Under the pieces are notes generated by a model. The model ran no database searches. It was not told the DNA's origin and saw only the letters and a list, made by a program, of their open reading frames with translations. Of a stretch of DNA of 64,000 nt, positions 49,846 to 58,554 are shown piece by piece (the first letter of the stretch is position 1; every line of letters begins with the position of its first letter). This DNA comes from Candidatus Saccharimonadota bacterium (GTDB taxonomy: Bacteria; Patescibacteriota; Saccharimonadia; Saccharimonadales; UBA10212). The translations under genes and the position numbers were made by a program. Location: NCBI GenBank assembly GCA_022841445.1, contig JALHRM010000003.1, positions 343 to 64,342 of the forward strand. The letters are read 5' to 3'.

Positions 49846-50223
49846 ATGATTCATATTGAAGATGAAGTGTTTGAAAAAATAGTGGCTGACGGGATTGACG
49901 CTATTCCAGAAAAATACGGCCAGCACATCGATAACGTAGCGTTCGTGGTGGAAGATCAACCCAGCGAGCAGCAGCGCAAGAAGCTTGGGCTACGCTGTCA
50001 TGAAACACTATTTGGTCTGTATGAAGGAGTACCGCTGACCAGAAAGGGCGGCAATTACCCGTACATGCTGCCAGATAAAATTACTATATTTAAGAAACCA
50101 ATTGAAGCGGTTAGTCAAACGCTTGAAGATGTGCGGCAGCAAGTCCGAAAAACCATCTGGCACGAGGTTGCTCATTATTTTGGTCTCGACCACGACCAGA
50201 TCCATGCGCTAGAATCTAAATAA
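49846..50223 (+). CDS. Zincin-like metallopeptidase family protein
   Basis: LFGLYEGVPL, PDKITIF and HEVAHYFG. Confidence 0.9.
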   Translation: MIHIEDEVFEKIVADGIDAIPEKYGQHIDNVAFVVEDQPSEQQRKKLGLRCHETLFGLYEGVPLTRKGGNYPYMLPDKITIFKKPIEAVSQTLEDVRQQVRKTIWHEVAHYFGLDHDQIHALESK

Positions 50224-50244
50224 TGATAAAGCGGGTGGCTTGTT

Positions 50245-50751
50245 GTGGCAGGGTATAAAGGGCATATCACTGGAGCAGTGGTGGTTGGCAGTGCCTATGC
50301 TGCCGGACTAAGGTTTTTACCGGGAGAAAACTGGCGCGAAACCAGTAATTTATTAGTTGACTGGCAACTGTTGATTGGGCTGATTGTTATCGCTGTGTTG
50401 TTTGGTCTGTTTCCTGATATCGACACTAATTCCATGGGGCAGAATATTTTTTATGGATTGGCATTTGTGGGTGACATAATTTTGATTGCTACAGGCCACA
50501 TCGAAGCCGCTGCTTACCTGGGCTTACTCGCCATGACGCCAATTGTCGGTAAGCACCGTGGCTGGACGCATAGCAAGATTGCAATGCTGCTTGTGCCGCT
50601 GCCAATTGTGCTAGTGCCATATCTACACCGCGAAAGCGTGCTGGATACGGCGCTTATTGTGTATGGCGCAGCGGTGGCTGGCTACTTCAGTCATTTGCTG
50701 CTAGATGGATTAATCATTCGTCGTTTTGCTATTCGTTCGCACCGCCGATAG
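50245..50751 (+). CDS. YdjM-like membrane metal-dependent hydrolase
   Basis: GH, PDID, HRGWTHS and SHLLLD motifs. Confidence 0.88.
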   Translation: MAGYKGHITGAVVVGSAYAAGLRFLPGENWRETSNLLVDWQLLIGLIVIAVLFGLFPDIDTNSMGQNIFYGLAFVGDIILIATGHIEAAAYLGLLAMTPIVGKHRGWTHSKIAMLLVPLPIVLVPYLHRESVLDTALIVYGAAVAGYFSHLLLDGLIIRRFAIRSHRR

Positions 50752-51181
50752 TTTGTTTGTATAGCGCTATATTTTCGGCGTGGTCGAAAGCAATTTGATC
50801 GATTGACGGTAGTTTATCAAGTGGGAACCAACGCTGCTCAGTGCTTTCGTTATCAGGCTCACCAGTTTTTTTAGTCGCAGTGCAAACGTAAACAAATGAA
50901 ACGTTTTGCCTGTTTTCACCCTTACGTACTCCATCGTTGACGCGAAGCAATGTTATGTCGGCAACTTCCCAGCCGGTTTCTTCGTAAACTTCTCGGGAAA
51001 AGCCTTCGGTGGTAGTTTCGTCCAGTTCTAAAAACCCACCAACCAACGCCCATTTACCGGCTTCACTTAGATGCGCTGCACGTTTTATGAGTAAAATTTT
51101 ATTACCAACAATGACTAATCCATCGACAACGACATGGCGTAAGTTTGCCGTATTACCATCTTCAAATGTGCAATTGATCAT
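50729..51181 (-). CDS. NUDIX hydrolase
   Basis: Nudix box GGFLELDETTTEGFSREVYEETG and AFDH. Confidence 0.92.
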   Translation of the reverse strand: MINCTFEDGNTANLRHVVVDGLVIVGNKILLIKRAAHLSEAGKWALVGGFLELDETTTEGFSREVYEETGWEVADITLLRVNDGVRKGENRQNVSFVYVCTATKKTGEPDNESTEQRWFPLDKLPSIDQIAFDHAENIALYKQTIGGANE

Positions 51182-51252
51182 AGAAGTTTATTATAGAGCG
51201 AAGAGGTGTAAATTTGCCATCTATTGCCGAGGCGGATACACTAGTATGCATT

Positions 51253-52134
51253 ATGGCTACAAAACGAAAGTCCGACACCAAATCCGAAAAAACCAAGAAG
51301 AAAAAAAATATCGAAGTGGCGGTTGCCGAAGCGAAAGCGACTGTGAAAAAAACCAATAAGCGTCAGCCAATGACCAGCAAGCGCTTTAATCTACTTATTG
51401 CTCTGCTGCATTTTGTGCAAGGACTTATCATCCTGGTCATGGGCGGAATCGACCGAGCACTTGTACCAATCACGACATTGTTTGCAACCAAGGACGAATT
51501 GGCTTCTCAGGCAGCTGGCGAAACTGTTTTGGCGAGCGCTGCCGAACACTTGTTTGATCTACCGCTATCTGTTGCTATTGCTTCATTCTTTTTCGTTGCC
51601 GGGCTGACTCACGTGTTACTGGCGACTCGATACCGCACTAAATATGAGGCAGAAAGAGCAGTAGGTTTTAATGTTACTCGTTCAGTTGGTTACGCATTCG
51701 TAGCTGGCCTGATGGCAGTAACGGTAGGTCTCGCAGTAGGGGTATGGAGCTTGCCTGTAATCATTCTTATTCTTGGAGCTGTCGTGGCCGGCAATGCTTT
51801 TCATTTACTTATGGATACGCATAACCGCGGTTCTCGGCCGACAAAGTGGTGGCCCTATTGGTTGTCAATCAAAAATGGTCTATTAGCATGGGTAGTAATT
51901 GGGCTGTATATTCTAGCTGCGATTGTTCACGGTAACGGTTTGCCAATGTACGCGTATGTTGCCGCGGGGGTGACCTTCCTTTTCTTTGCTCTGTTTGCCG
52001 CTATAAGCTACAAACATCATAAAAAGCAGGGCAAATGGGCATCGTTCTTGTATGTCGACCGCGCTTTTACGTATCTAAACCTTATCGCAGTCGCCGTGCT
52101 GGGCTGGTTGTTGTTTGCACTAGCTATTGTTTAA
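51253..52134 (+). CDS. Heliorhodopsin-like 7-TM protein lacking the retinal lysine
   Basis: N..LH..Q in TM1, a long loop after TM1, His in TM2, 'Y......N..R...Y.....M' in TM3 and 'GKW..FLY.DRAF..LNLIAVAVLGW..F' in TM7, collinear with the heliorhodopsin 'GKW..Y..GERAY..LSLVAKS.LAW..F'. Confidence 0.85.
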   Translation: MATKRKSDTKSEKTKKKKNIEVAVAEAKATVKKTNKRQPMTSKRFNLLIALLHFVQGLIILVMGGIDRALVPITTLFATKDELASQAAGETVLASAAEHLFDLPLSVAIASFFFVAGLTHVLLATRYRTKYEAERAVGFNVTRSVGYAFVAGLMAVTVGLAVGVWSLPVIILILGAVVAGNAFHLLMDTHNRGSRPTKWWPYWLSIKNGLLAWVVIGLYILAAIVHGNGLPMYAYVAAGVTFLFFALFAAISYKHHKKQGKWASFLYVDRAFTYLNLIAVAVLGWLLFALAIV

Positions 52135-53416
52135 TCGCACTCCATTGAAACATCCGCTGAGCGAAGTAGTTGTTATAGAAAAGTTGGTTCATGGCGGTCA
52201 AGGTATGGGACGGCTGGCAGACGGGCGAGTGGTATTTGTTTGGAACGCTTTGCCGGGCGAAACGGTCAGGGCAAATATATATAAACGCAAGCGCGATTAC
52301 GTAGAATCGATAGCAGTCGAAATTATTGAAGCATCGCCGGAGCGTATTGCCCCCCGTGAGGCGGACAGTTTTTTAGCCACCAGCCCCTGGCAGATGATGA
52401 GCTTTGCTACTGAAAATAGCTACAAAAAAGCGATTATTGCGGAGACGTTTGAGCGTGAAAAAATAACGCTGCCGGATTTTGCATTAGTTTCAGACGGCAT
52501 GGAGTACGGCTACCGTAACAAAATGGAGTACAGTTTTTTTGGCGATGATAATGGGCTGCATCTGGCACTTCATCACCGTGGATCGCACCGCAAAATGATT
52601 GTCAAAGGCAGTGCTTTGGCACAAGCAGCAATTGATCAAGCTGGCAACAAACTCATTGAACTATTAAACGGTCTGAATGTGCGGGCAGCCGATTTGAAAT
52701 CTGTTATTATCCGCTGCAGCCAAGATAAAAAGGTCGCGGCCAGCCTGTTTGTTAAAACAGAGACATTTGCTGATATGAGCCTCGTATCTTCATTTATGAA
52801 TGGCATGGATGTGTACTATTCGAACCCGAAAAGTCCAGCCTCGGTCGCTACCAAAGTACTGCAATCAGTCGGGTCTACCGTACTAACCGATAATCTTACG
52901 GGTAAAGGTTTCGATTATAGCGTGAATTCGTTTTTTCAAGGAAACATCCCAGTTTTTGAGTTAGCGCTAGCCAAAATAAAACAACACACTGACCAGGGCG
53001 ATATTACCGACATGTTTTGTGGTGTAGGGGTTATCGGACTAAGTATTGGTTCACGCAAAGTAAGCCTGATAGAATCTGATCCTGCGAATGCAGTAATGCT
53101 GCGTGGTAATGCCAAACATAGCAAGCTGGACACACAGGTAATAATTGCTCCTGCCGAAAAAGCTACTGAGCACATTGATCCAGATAAGATTTTAATTGTC
53201 GATCCGCCCCGGGCAGGGCTCCATAGTGATGTAGTGGCTGCTATCAACAGCGCGTTACCGCCAAAAGTTGCGTACCTCAGCTGCAATCCGTCCACCCAGG
53301 CGAGAGACCTGGCACTGCTGCATAAAAATTATCGAGTGACATTTTTTGAAGGCTATAACTTTTTTCCGCGGACTCCCCACATTGAATCGCTTGCTATACT
53401 TAAGCGGATTGCATAA
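52127..53416 (+). CDS. TRAM-domain RNA (uracil-5)-methyltransferase, RlmD/TrmA family
   Basis: LVHGGQG...ALPGE, YRNKME, SFFQ, DMFCGVG, DPPRAG, YLSCNP and FPRTPHIE. Confidence 0.92.
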   Translation: MFNRTPLKHPLSEVVVIEKLVHGGQGMGRLADGRVVFVWNALPGETVRANIYKRKRDYVESIAVEIIEASPERIAPREADSFLATSPWQMMSFATENSYKKAIIAETFEREKITLPDFALVSDGMEYGYRNKMEYSFFGDDNGLHLALHHRGSHRKMIVKGSALAQAAIDQAGNKLIELLNGLNVRAADLKSVIIRCSQDKKVAASLFVKTETFADMSLVSSFMNGMDVYYSNPKSPASVATKVLQSVGSTVLTDNLTGKGFDYSVNSFFQGNIPVFELALAKIKQHTDQGDITDMFCGVGVIGLSIGSRKVSLIESDPANAVMLRGNAKHSKLDTQVIIAPAEKATEHIDPDKILIVDPPRAGLHSDVVAAINSALPPKVAYLSCNPSTQARDLALLHKNYRVTFFEGYNFFPRTPHIESLAILKRIA

Positions 53417-53456
53417 ATAAGCCCGGGGTGGTTTACTGATTGCTATAGGAGTTACA

Positions 53457-54170
53457 ATGCCGCAATCAGAATTAAATGAGTACATTCAAAAAGCCCGCGA
53501 ACGGGGTATTGATGATGCCACAATCAGAAACAATCTTACCAGCGCCGGTTGGCCAGACGCCGACGTAAACACCGCACTGCTTGGTGATGTGCCTGTTCCT
53601 GTACCGCCGCATCACGGTGGACATCATGCGCAGACCCATCCATCAGCGATGCCGCATGGCGGATTTGTACAACATAATCCACAGCAGCCGATAGCGGTTG
53701 TTCAAAACCTCAGCGTACGTGGCTTTGAGTACAGTATTATGTTCATCACTCTGTTAATCAGTGCTTTTTCTGTCGGCGGCTTATTGCATGCCCTGGTTGA
53801 TACGATGTTTAGCGGAAACGAAACATACGCCTATAGCGACAGTTCCGGTGGATTTCAGACTATCGCGATCACGCTTTTGATCGTTAGCTTCCCCATCTTT
53901 GCGTACATGTTTATAAGACTCAAAAAGGCTGAACTGCGTGATCCTTCCATTCGTCGCGATCCTTCGCGTCGAAAGTGGACACAGTTCACCCAACTGGCTT
54001 GTTTTATTGTTGGATTGATTTACGCAGTAACCTTTGTCTATTTCATTATCGAGGGGGATGATGAGACATCACTTGTAAAGCAAATGTTACACACGGCCAT
54101 TACACTCATCATAGTCGGCGGCATTTTTGCTTACTACTGGCGTGAGGATCATCGTGCTGAACGATCCTAA
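53457..54170 (+). CDS. DUF5671-like membrane protein with N-terminal 'GW' helical module
   Basis: N-terminal L.EYI..AR.RG.....I...L..AGW, a P/H-rich linker, four TM segments and 'S.RRKW'. Confidence 0.7.
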   Translation: MPQSELNEYIQKARERGIDDATIRNNLTSAGWPDADVNTALLGDVPVPVPPHHGGHHAQTHPSAMPHGGFVQHNPQQPIAVVQNLSVRGFEYSIMFITLLISAFSVGGLLHALVDTMFSGNETYAYSDSSGGFQTIAITLLIVSFPIFAYMFIRLKKAELRDPSIRRDPSRRKWTQFTQLACFIVGLIYAVTFVYFIIEGDDETSLVKQMLHTAITLIIVGGIFAYYWREDHRAERS

Positions 54171-54711
54171 AGCCTCGTCGGCGAGTATTCGGAAATACTA
54201 TATCGTATTTGGAGCACTGGTGTTGTTTATTGTGGTATTGATAGGCTTTTCGTTATTGCAAAGCCGTGGAAAAATACTTGACAATGAAATAGCAAATCGC
54301 TTGGCTGATGTATGGTACGACATCGAATATAAACAGTACGGTAGTGGCGGCTTACCGGTGTCTCTAAATAAGGCAACTAATAGAAACACTAAAGACCTTA
54401 CATACTATCGACTTGACGAAAGAACGTACATGCTTTGTGCTGAATTCGAAACAAAGAGCGGCACCACAAAACCAGACGCGCTGAATGACCGGCAGCGCGC
54501 GCTAATAGAAGATGCCGGCCAATCACTAACAGCTACGACTTACCATTCTTCAAAAAGCGATAACTACGGTTATGTGGACATTTATGTTCGCCAAGAAGGC
54601 CGCAATTGCTACATAAACGAGCTCGAAATTTTACCGGATGACTCGCTCAAGCTCAATAACTATGAGAACTATGAGTCCGAGGATGCGAATTTACCATCAT
54701 CAGAAATATAG
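54154..54711 (+). CDS. Hypothetical membrane-anchored protein
   Basis: TM segment then 'LP.SL...Y......YMLCAEF' pilin-like globular pattern; GTG 54154 follows GAGGA. Confidence 0.65.
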   Translation: MLNDPKASSASIRKYYIVFGALVLFIVVLIGFSLLQSRGKILDNEIANRLADVWYDIEYKQYGSGGLPVSLNKATNRNTKDLTYYRLDERTYMLCAEFETKSGTTKPDALNDRQRALIEDAGQSLTATTYHSSKSDNYGYVDIYVRQEGRNCYINELEILPDDSLKLNNYENYESEDANLPSSEI

Positions 54712-54718
54712 TTAAGCA

Positions 54719-55426
54719 ATGGAAATAGATCAGGCGCTTGTAGATTTCGTACGTGAGGCTAAAGTCTATGGTTTATCGAACGAAGAGATAGTTGGCGAGT
54801 TAGTACAAAGTGGGTGGCCGGCACCGTATCTGCAAGTATTAAACACGGATTCTGATTTACTGAATTACATTGGTGAAGCTCGTGCTCAGGGGGTCAGTGA
54901 AGAATCGATTGCCCAAGAACTTGTAGGGCAGGGTTGGCCAACCGATTACCTGCGACTGGCATTTATGCTTCATCCGCCGCTCTTTGTAGCTACCCCAAAA
55001 CCTCAACCGAACCCTCAATCTCAGCGGCAACATCCTCCCGAGCAACCGCAACGTCCAAGTGTTCAGACGCTTCCTGTTCAACGCAAACCCAGCAACTACA
55101 CCTATGGTTTGAGTGTAGTAAGCCTTGCATTGCTGCTACCGGCAGCTGTAACGACCGTGTTGTTTTTGCGAGCAATGGTGCTGAGTTGGCTCGGCACACC
55201 AACGGCCTCGGAACTGCTTGATTTAATCGTTTTGCCAATGGTATTAAGCGGTATATTTGTGCCGGTAGGTTTGTTTGCTTCGGCCACCGCCAGTCATCGG
55301 CTCGTTGCACTTGCAACGAAAGATCTAGGGAAGACTATTTATGTAACATTCGCGGTGTATCAGACGTTAACAGTTTTGATCGCGAGCGGCTGGTTGGTAT
55401 TTTTGATTGGTCGGTTTGTGGGCTAG
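54719..55426 (+). CDS. Membrane protein with two tandem 'GW' helical modules
   Basis: LVDFVREAK..G.S.EEI..EL...GWP and LLNYIGEAR..G.S.ESI..EL...GWP, a P/Q linker and three TM segments. Confidence 0.7.
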   Translation: MEIDQALVDFVREAKVYGLSNEEIVGELVQSGWPAPYLQVLNTDSDLLNYIGEARAQGVSEESIAQELVGQGWPTDYLRLAFMLHPPLFVATPKPQPNPQSQRQHPPEQPQRPSVQTLPVQRKPSNYTYGLSVVSLALLLPAAVTTVLFLRAMVLSWLGTPTASELLDLIVLPMVLSGIFVPVGLFASATASHRLVALATKDLGKTIYVTFAVYQTLTVLIASGWLVFLIGRFVG

Positions 55427-55438
55427 AATGGTGAGGCT

Positions 55439-56158
55439 ATGAAACTGCATCGCTTCTACACTGGGCAGCTCCATGACAAGCGCGGACATACCGAGCTCAC
55501 TGACCACATATGGGTGCATGACCAGCACTTACTTAATCAGTGGTTAAAAGTATTGCGCTTTCGTGAAGGCGACGAATTATCCTTGTTTGATGGAAGCGGG
55601 ATTGAAAAGTTGTATAAGGTTGCGGTTATCGAACCGCTTTCCGTAAAGCTTGAACTGGTGACTGAGCTTCATAAAAGCCTGCCAACCCGGCATCGCTATC
55701 TGCTATGGTCACTACTAAAGGCTGACAAAAATGATCTGGTTATACAAAAAGCTACTGAGATTGGCATTACCAATTTCGTACCCTTAGTTGCAGCCCGTAC
55801 CGAAAAAACCGGTTTTGATGAGCAGAGGGCGATGCGCATTGCTATTGAAGCGGCTGAACAGTGTGGGCGGGTTGACATCCCGCATATCCGCGAACCGATT
55901 TTGGTTGCCGAAGCCATAAAAGAGTACACATCCAATATTCAATTATTAGTAGCCGAACAGGGCAATTTGTCGATGACCCAAGACCAAAGTTCCGAGGAAG
56001 AACATCCGATAGGAGTTTTGATCGGGCCAGAAGGTGGATGGACCGACGAAGAACTACAGCTGTTCAGCGATAACAAACTTGCTCACATTGGACTTGGCGC
56101 CTACACCTTACGCGCCGAAACCGCCGCCATCACCGCTGCGGCGCAACTGCTACAATAA
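55439..56158 (+). CDS. rsmE: 16S rRNA m3U1498 methyltransferase
   Basis: KVLR, QKATEIG, EAAEQCGR, IGPEGGW and LRAETA. Confidence 0.95.
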   Translation: MKLHRFYTGQLHDKRGHTELTDHIWVHDQHLLNQWLKVLRFREGDELSLFDGSGIEKLYKVAVIEPLSVKLELVTELHKSLPTRHRYLLWSLLKADKNDLVIQKATEIGITNFVPLVAARTEKTGFDEQRAMRIAIEAAEQCGRVDIPHIREPILVAEAIKEYTSNIQLLVAEQGNLSMTQDQSSEEEHPIGVLIGPEGGWTDEELQLFSDNKLAHIGLGAYTLRAETAAITAAAQLLQ

Positions 56159-56165
56159 ACAAATA

Positions 56166-56987
56166 ATGATTGAAGCATCCCTATACATACTCATCTGGTC
56201 GGCAATGCTTGTTTTTGGCTACATTGTCTATCGATACTTATTCAAAGCAAAAAAACTAGAAACAGGCGTCATTAAAATTACTACGGGATCAAGCCAAACA
56301 TCATACTCATATATTATCGGAGACAATCTATCGTGGCCTGAATATGGCAGAGTTTTTTCGGGTATAGAGGTATTATTACCTAAAAGCATTCCCCATATAT
56401 ATTTAGATTCACACCACAATGATTCCAATACCAACCCCAAGCTTCTCATTGACAAGCCTGAAAAACTTTCACTAGAAGGTGATTTTAATAAGCATTTTCA
56501 AGCCTTTGCGAACAGCAAGTATTCAACCCTTGCTCTGAGTATACTGAGTCCGGACACACTACAAACACTAATTGACTGTAACCGTTTTGATATTGAACTT
56601 TACGACAATAAACTACGATTAATAACTGGATACAAAGTCCAATCAGACCCAGAAATCAAAAATTCGCTTATAAAATCCTCCCATGCTGTATTACTAGAAA
56701 TAGCGCATCGATTAAAAAGCCTGAATGTATCAAAACAGGATGTTGTCGCCAGTAGGATACCGGTAATTGAGTATGATGTAGTAAAAGTTGGTAAGCGTTC
56801 CTATGTTTCTGGTAGCGGTCTAAAAGTTGCTGTCTTTACATTCACACTTGGTGTAGTAATGTGGGTATGGGGTATTAGTATGTTGATATCCGGTGAAGAT
56901 ATCTTAATGGTTGCGACAGCGATAGGTGGGGGGCTTATAATCTTCCCCATAAGCTACCTTTTTATCCGTACTTACATCAGGTTCTGA
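56166..56987 (+). CDS. Hypothetical membrane protein, AT-rich
   Basis: N-terminal TM segment, 'LP...PHIYLD...LSLEGDFNKHF' core and two C-terminal TM segments. Confidence 0.7.
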   Translation: MIEASLYILIWSAMLVFGYIVYRYLFKAKKLETGVIKITTGSSQTSYSYIIGDNLSWPEYGRVFSGIEVLLPKSIPHIYLDSHHNDSNTNPKLLIDKPEKLSLEGDFNKHFQAFANSKYSTLALSILSPDTLQTLIDCNRFDIELYDNKLRLITGYKVQSDPEIKNSLIKSSHAVLLEIAHRLKSLNVSKQDVVASRIPVIEYDVVKVGKRSYVSGSGLKVAVFTFTLGVVMWVWGISMLISGEDILMVATAIGGGLIIFPISYLFIRTYIRF

Positions 56988-57026
56988 TTGTCATATGTGC
57001 GTCGCACATCCTGCTACAATAGGCGG

Positions 57027-57827
57027 ATGGGTAGTTACGGGTATCAACGCACACAGCCATACACGCCTGGTCAGAAAGCGTCGTTCAAAATCAGTCGTAG
57101 CAAGATTGATCTGTTTATGCAATGCCCGCGGTGTTTCTGGCTGGATGCACGGCTAAAAATTAAGCGGCCGTCGAGTCCGCCATTTCGCATTAACAGTGCT
57201 ATCGACGAGCTGTTCAAAAAAGAATTCGATATCCACCGCGAAGCCCAGACGAAGCATCCACTCAGTGAAGCATTCGGGCTTGATCTTGTGCCGTTCAAAC
57301 ATGAAAAAATGGATGAATGGCGTGACGCCCTGCGACGTGGAGTGACGTATCTTCACCCCCAGACTAATTTATTGATTACCGGCGGCGTCGACGATGTATG
57401 GGTTGATCACAAAACAGGCGAAATTGTTATTGTTGACTACAAAGCTACCTCAAAAAATGGTGAGGTGAGCCTCGACGCCGATTGGCAAGTTACGTACAAA
57501 CGCCAGATCGAAGTCTACCAGTGGCTGTTCAGGCGCAATGACTTTAAGGTTTCAGATACTGGTTATTTCGTATACACTAACGGCCGTCTGGACGCTGATG
57601 GATTTTACGATAAGTTGGAATTTAAGACGAAAATTATTCCCTATAAAGGCAATGATAGCTGGATCGAGCCGTCGGTTATGAAACTGAAAGCCTGCTTAGA
57701 AGGCGACATGCCCGAAGTCGGCACTGCCGCCATGGGAGGCGTGTGTGAACATTGTTCATACGCAAAGGCCAGAACAATGCTGAGCCTCGAAGCAATCCAA
57801 TCTCACCGCCATAACAAAAAACGGTAG
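57027..57827 (+). CDS. PD-(D/E)XK nuclease, Cas4/AddB-like
   Basis: SRSKIDLFMQCPRCF, G.VDD, IVDYK, Q..VY and C-terminal CEHC. Confidence 0.85.
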   Translation: MGSYGYQRTQPYTPGQKASFKISRSKIDLFMQCPRCFWLDARLKIKRPSSPPFRINSAIDELFKKEFDIHREAQTKHPLSEAFGLDLVPFKHEKMDEWRDALRRGVTYLHPQTNLLITGGVDDVWVDHKTGEIVIVDYKATSKNGEVSLDADWQVTYKRQIEVYQWLFRRNDFKVSDTGYFVYTNGRLDADGFYDKLEFKTKIIPYKGNDSWIEPSVMKLKACLEGDMPEVGTAAMGGVCEHCSYAKARTMLSLEAIQSHRHNKKR

Positions 57828-57829
57828 CG

Positions 57830-58483
57830 CTACTCAATCACAGCTTCAAGCGGTTGGTCGTCGGTGCGAAAGTTCAGTATTCGCCAGTCATCGGGAGTTT
57901 TCTCTAAGATTACTCGAATGTAATAAGTATCATCTTCGTTACCGGGTAGTTCATATATGACCACTGCTCGAACGGTGCCATCATCAGACTTTTGAATAGT
58001 ACTTAACGTGCTTTCGGTCGGACTGCCAAGCAGCGGCCCGACTTGTTCAAATATTAGCTGCAACTCGTCTTGGCTAGTTTCATTCTTAAACTGCTCTGCT
58101 ACCAGGGTGTAGGCGGTTTTGGCGTCTTGATCAACCATGGCTGTAATCATGCGGTCGCTGACCGCAACCGCGTCTGGCAGGCTTGCTTCTTGCATCCGTA
58201 GGTACACGAGTGTGGCAGCTACGATAGCTATGCTAATCACGACCAACATGATACCGATAAGTAGTATTTTTTTACCGGAAGATTTTTTATTATGAGGCGA
58301 AATTGGAGCTGCAGTATTGGTAGGATAAGGTGGTTCCGGCAAGCTGCTGTAGGCCGGTTGTTGTGGAATTTGGTTAGTCGGTTTTTGTACTTGTTGATTA
58401 GCAGGGGGTTGCCATGTGGGTGTAAACCACTGGTTGGGGTCGGGTTGTCGGCGCTCCGGCCGATACGGTTCTCGTGGCTCCAT
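57830..58483 (-). CDS. Hypothetical protein with P/Q-rich N-terminus, single TM and NTF2-like extracellular domain
   Basis: Low-complexity N-terminus, a TM segment and 'D...AY.L....F...W.I..F' pattern. Confidence 0.7.
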   Translation of the reverse strand: MEPREPYRPERRQPDPNQWFTPTWQPPANQQVQKPTNQIPQQPAYSSLPEPPYPTNTAAPISPHNKKSSGKKILLIGIMLVVISIAIVAATLVYLRMQEASLPDAVAVSDRMITAMVDQDAKTAYTLVAEQFKNETSQDELQLIFEQVGPLLGSPTESTLSTIQKSDDGTVRAVVIYELPGNEDDTYYIRVILEKTPDDWRILNFRTDDQPLEAVIE

Positions 58484-58554
58484 AATTACAATTAAGTATA
58501 AGCGCTATCAAACTTGCCTGCAATCCGCCTATTATTTTCTGTATACTATAGGCA

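Noticed and set aside
57027-57827. CRISPR-Cas adaptation module
   Set aside because: The Cas4-like gene stands alone, with no array or other cas genes in the window.
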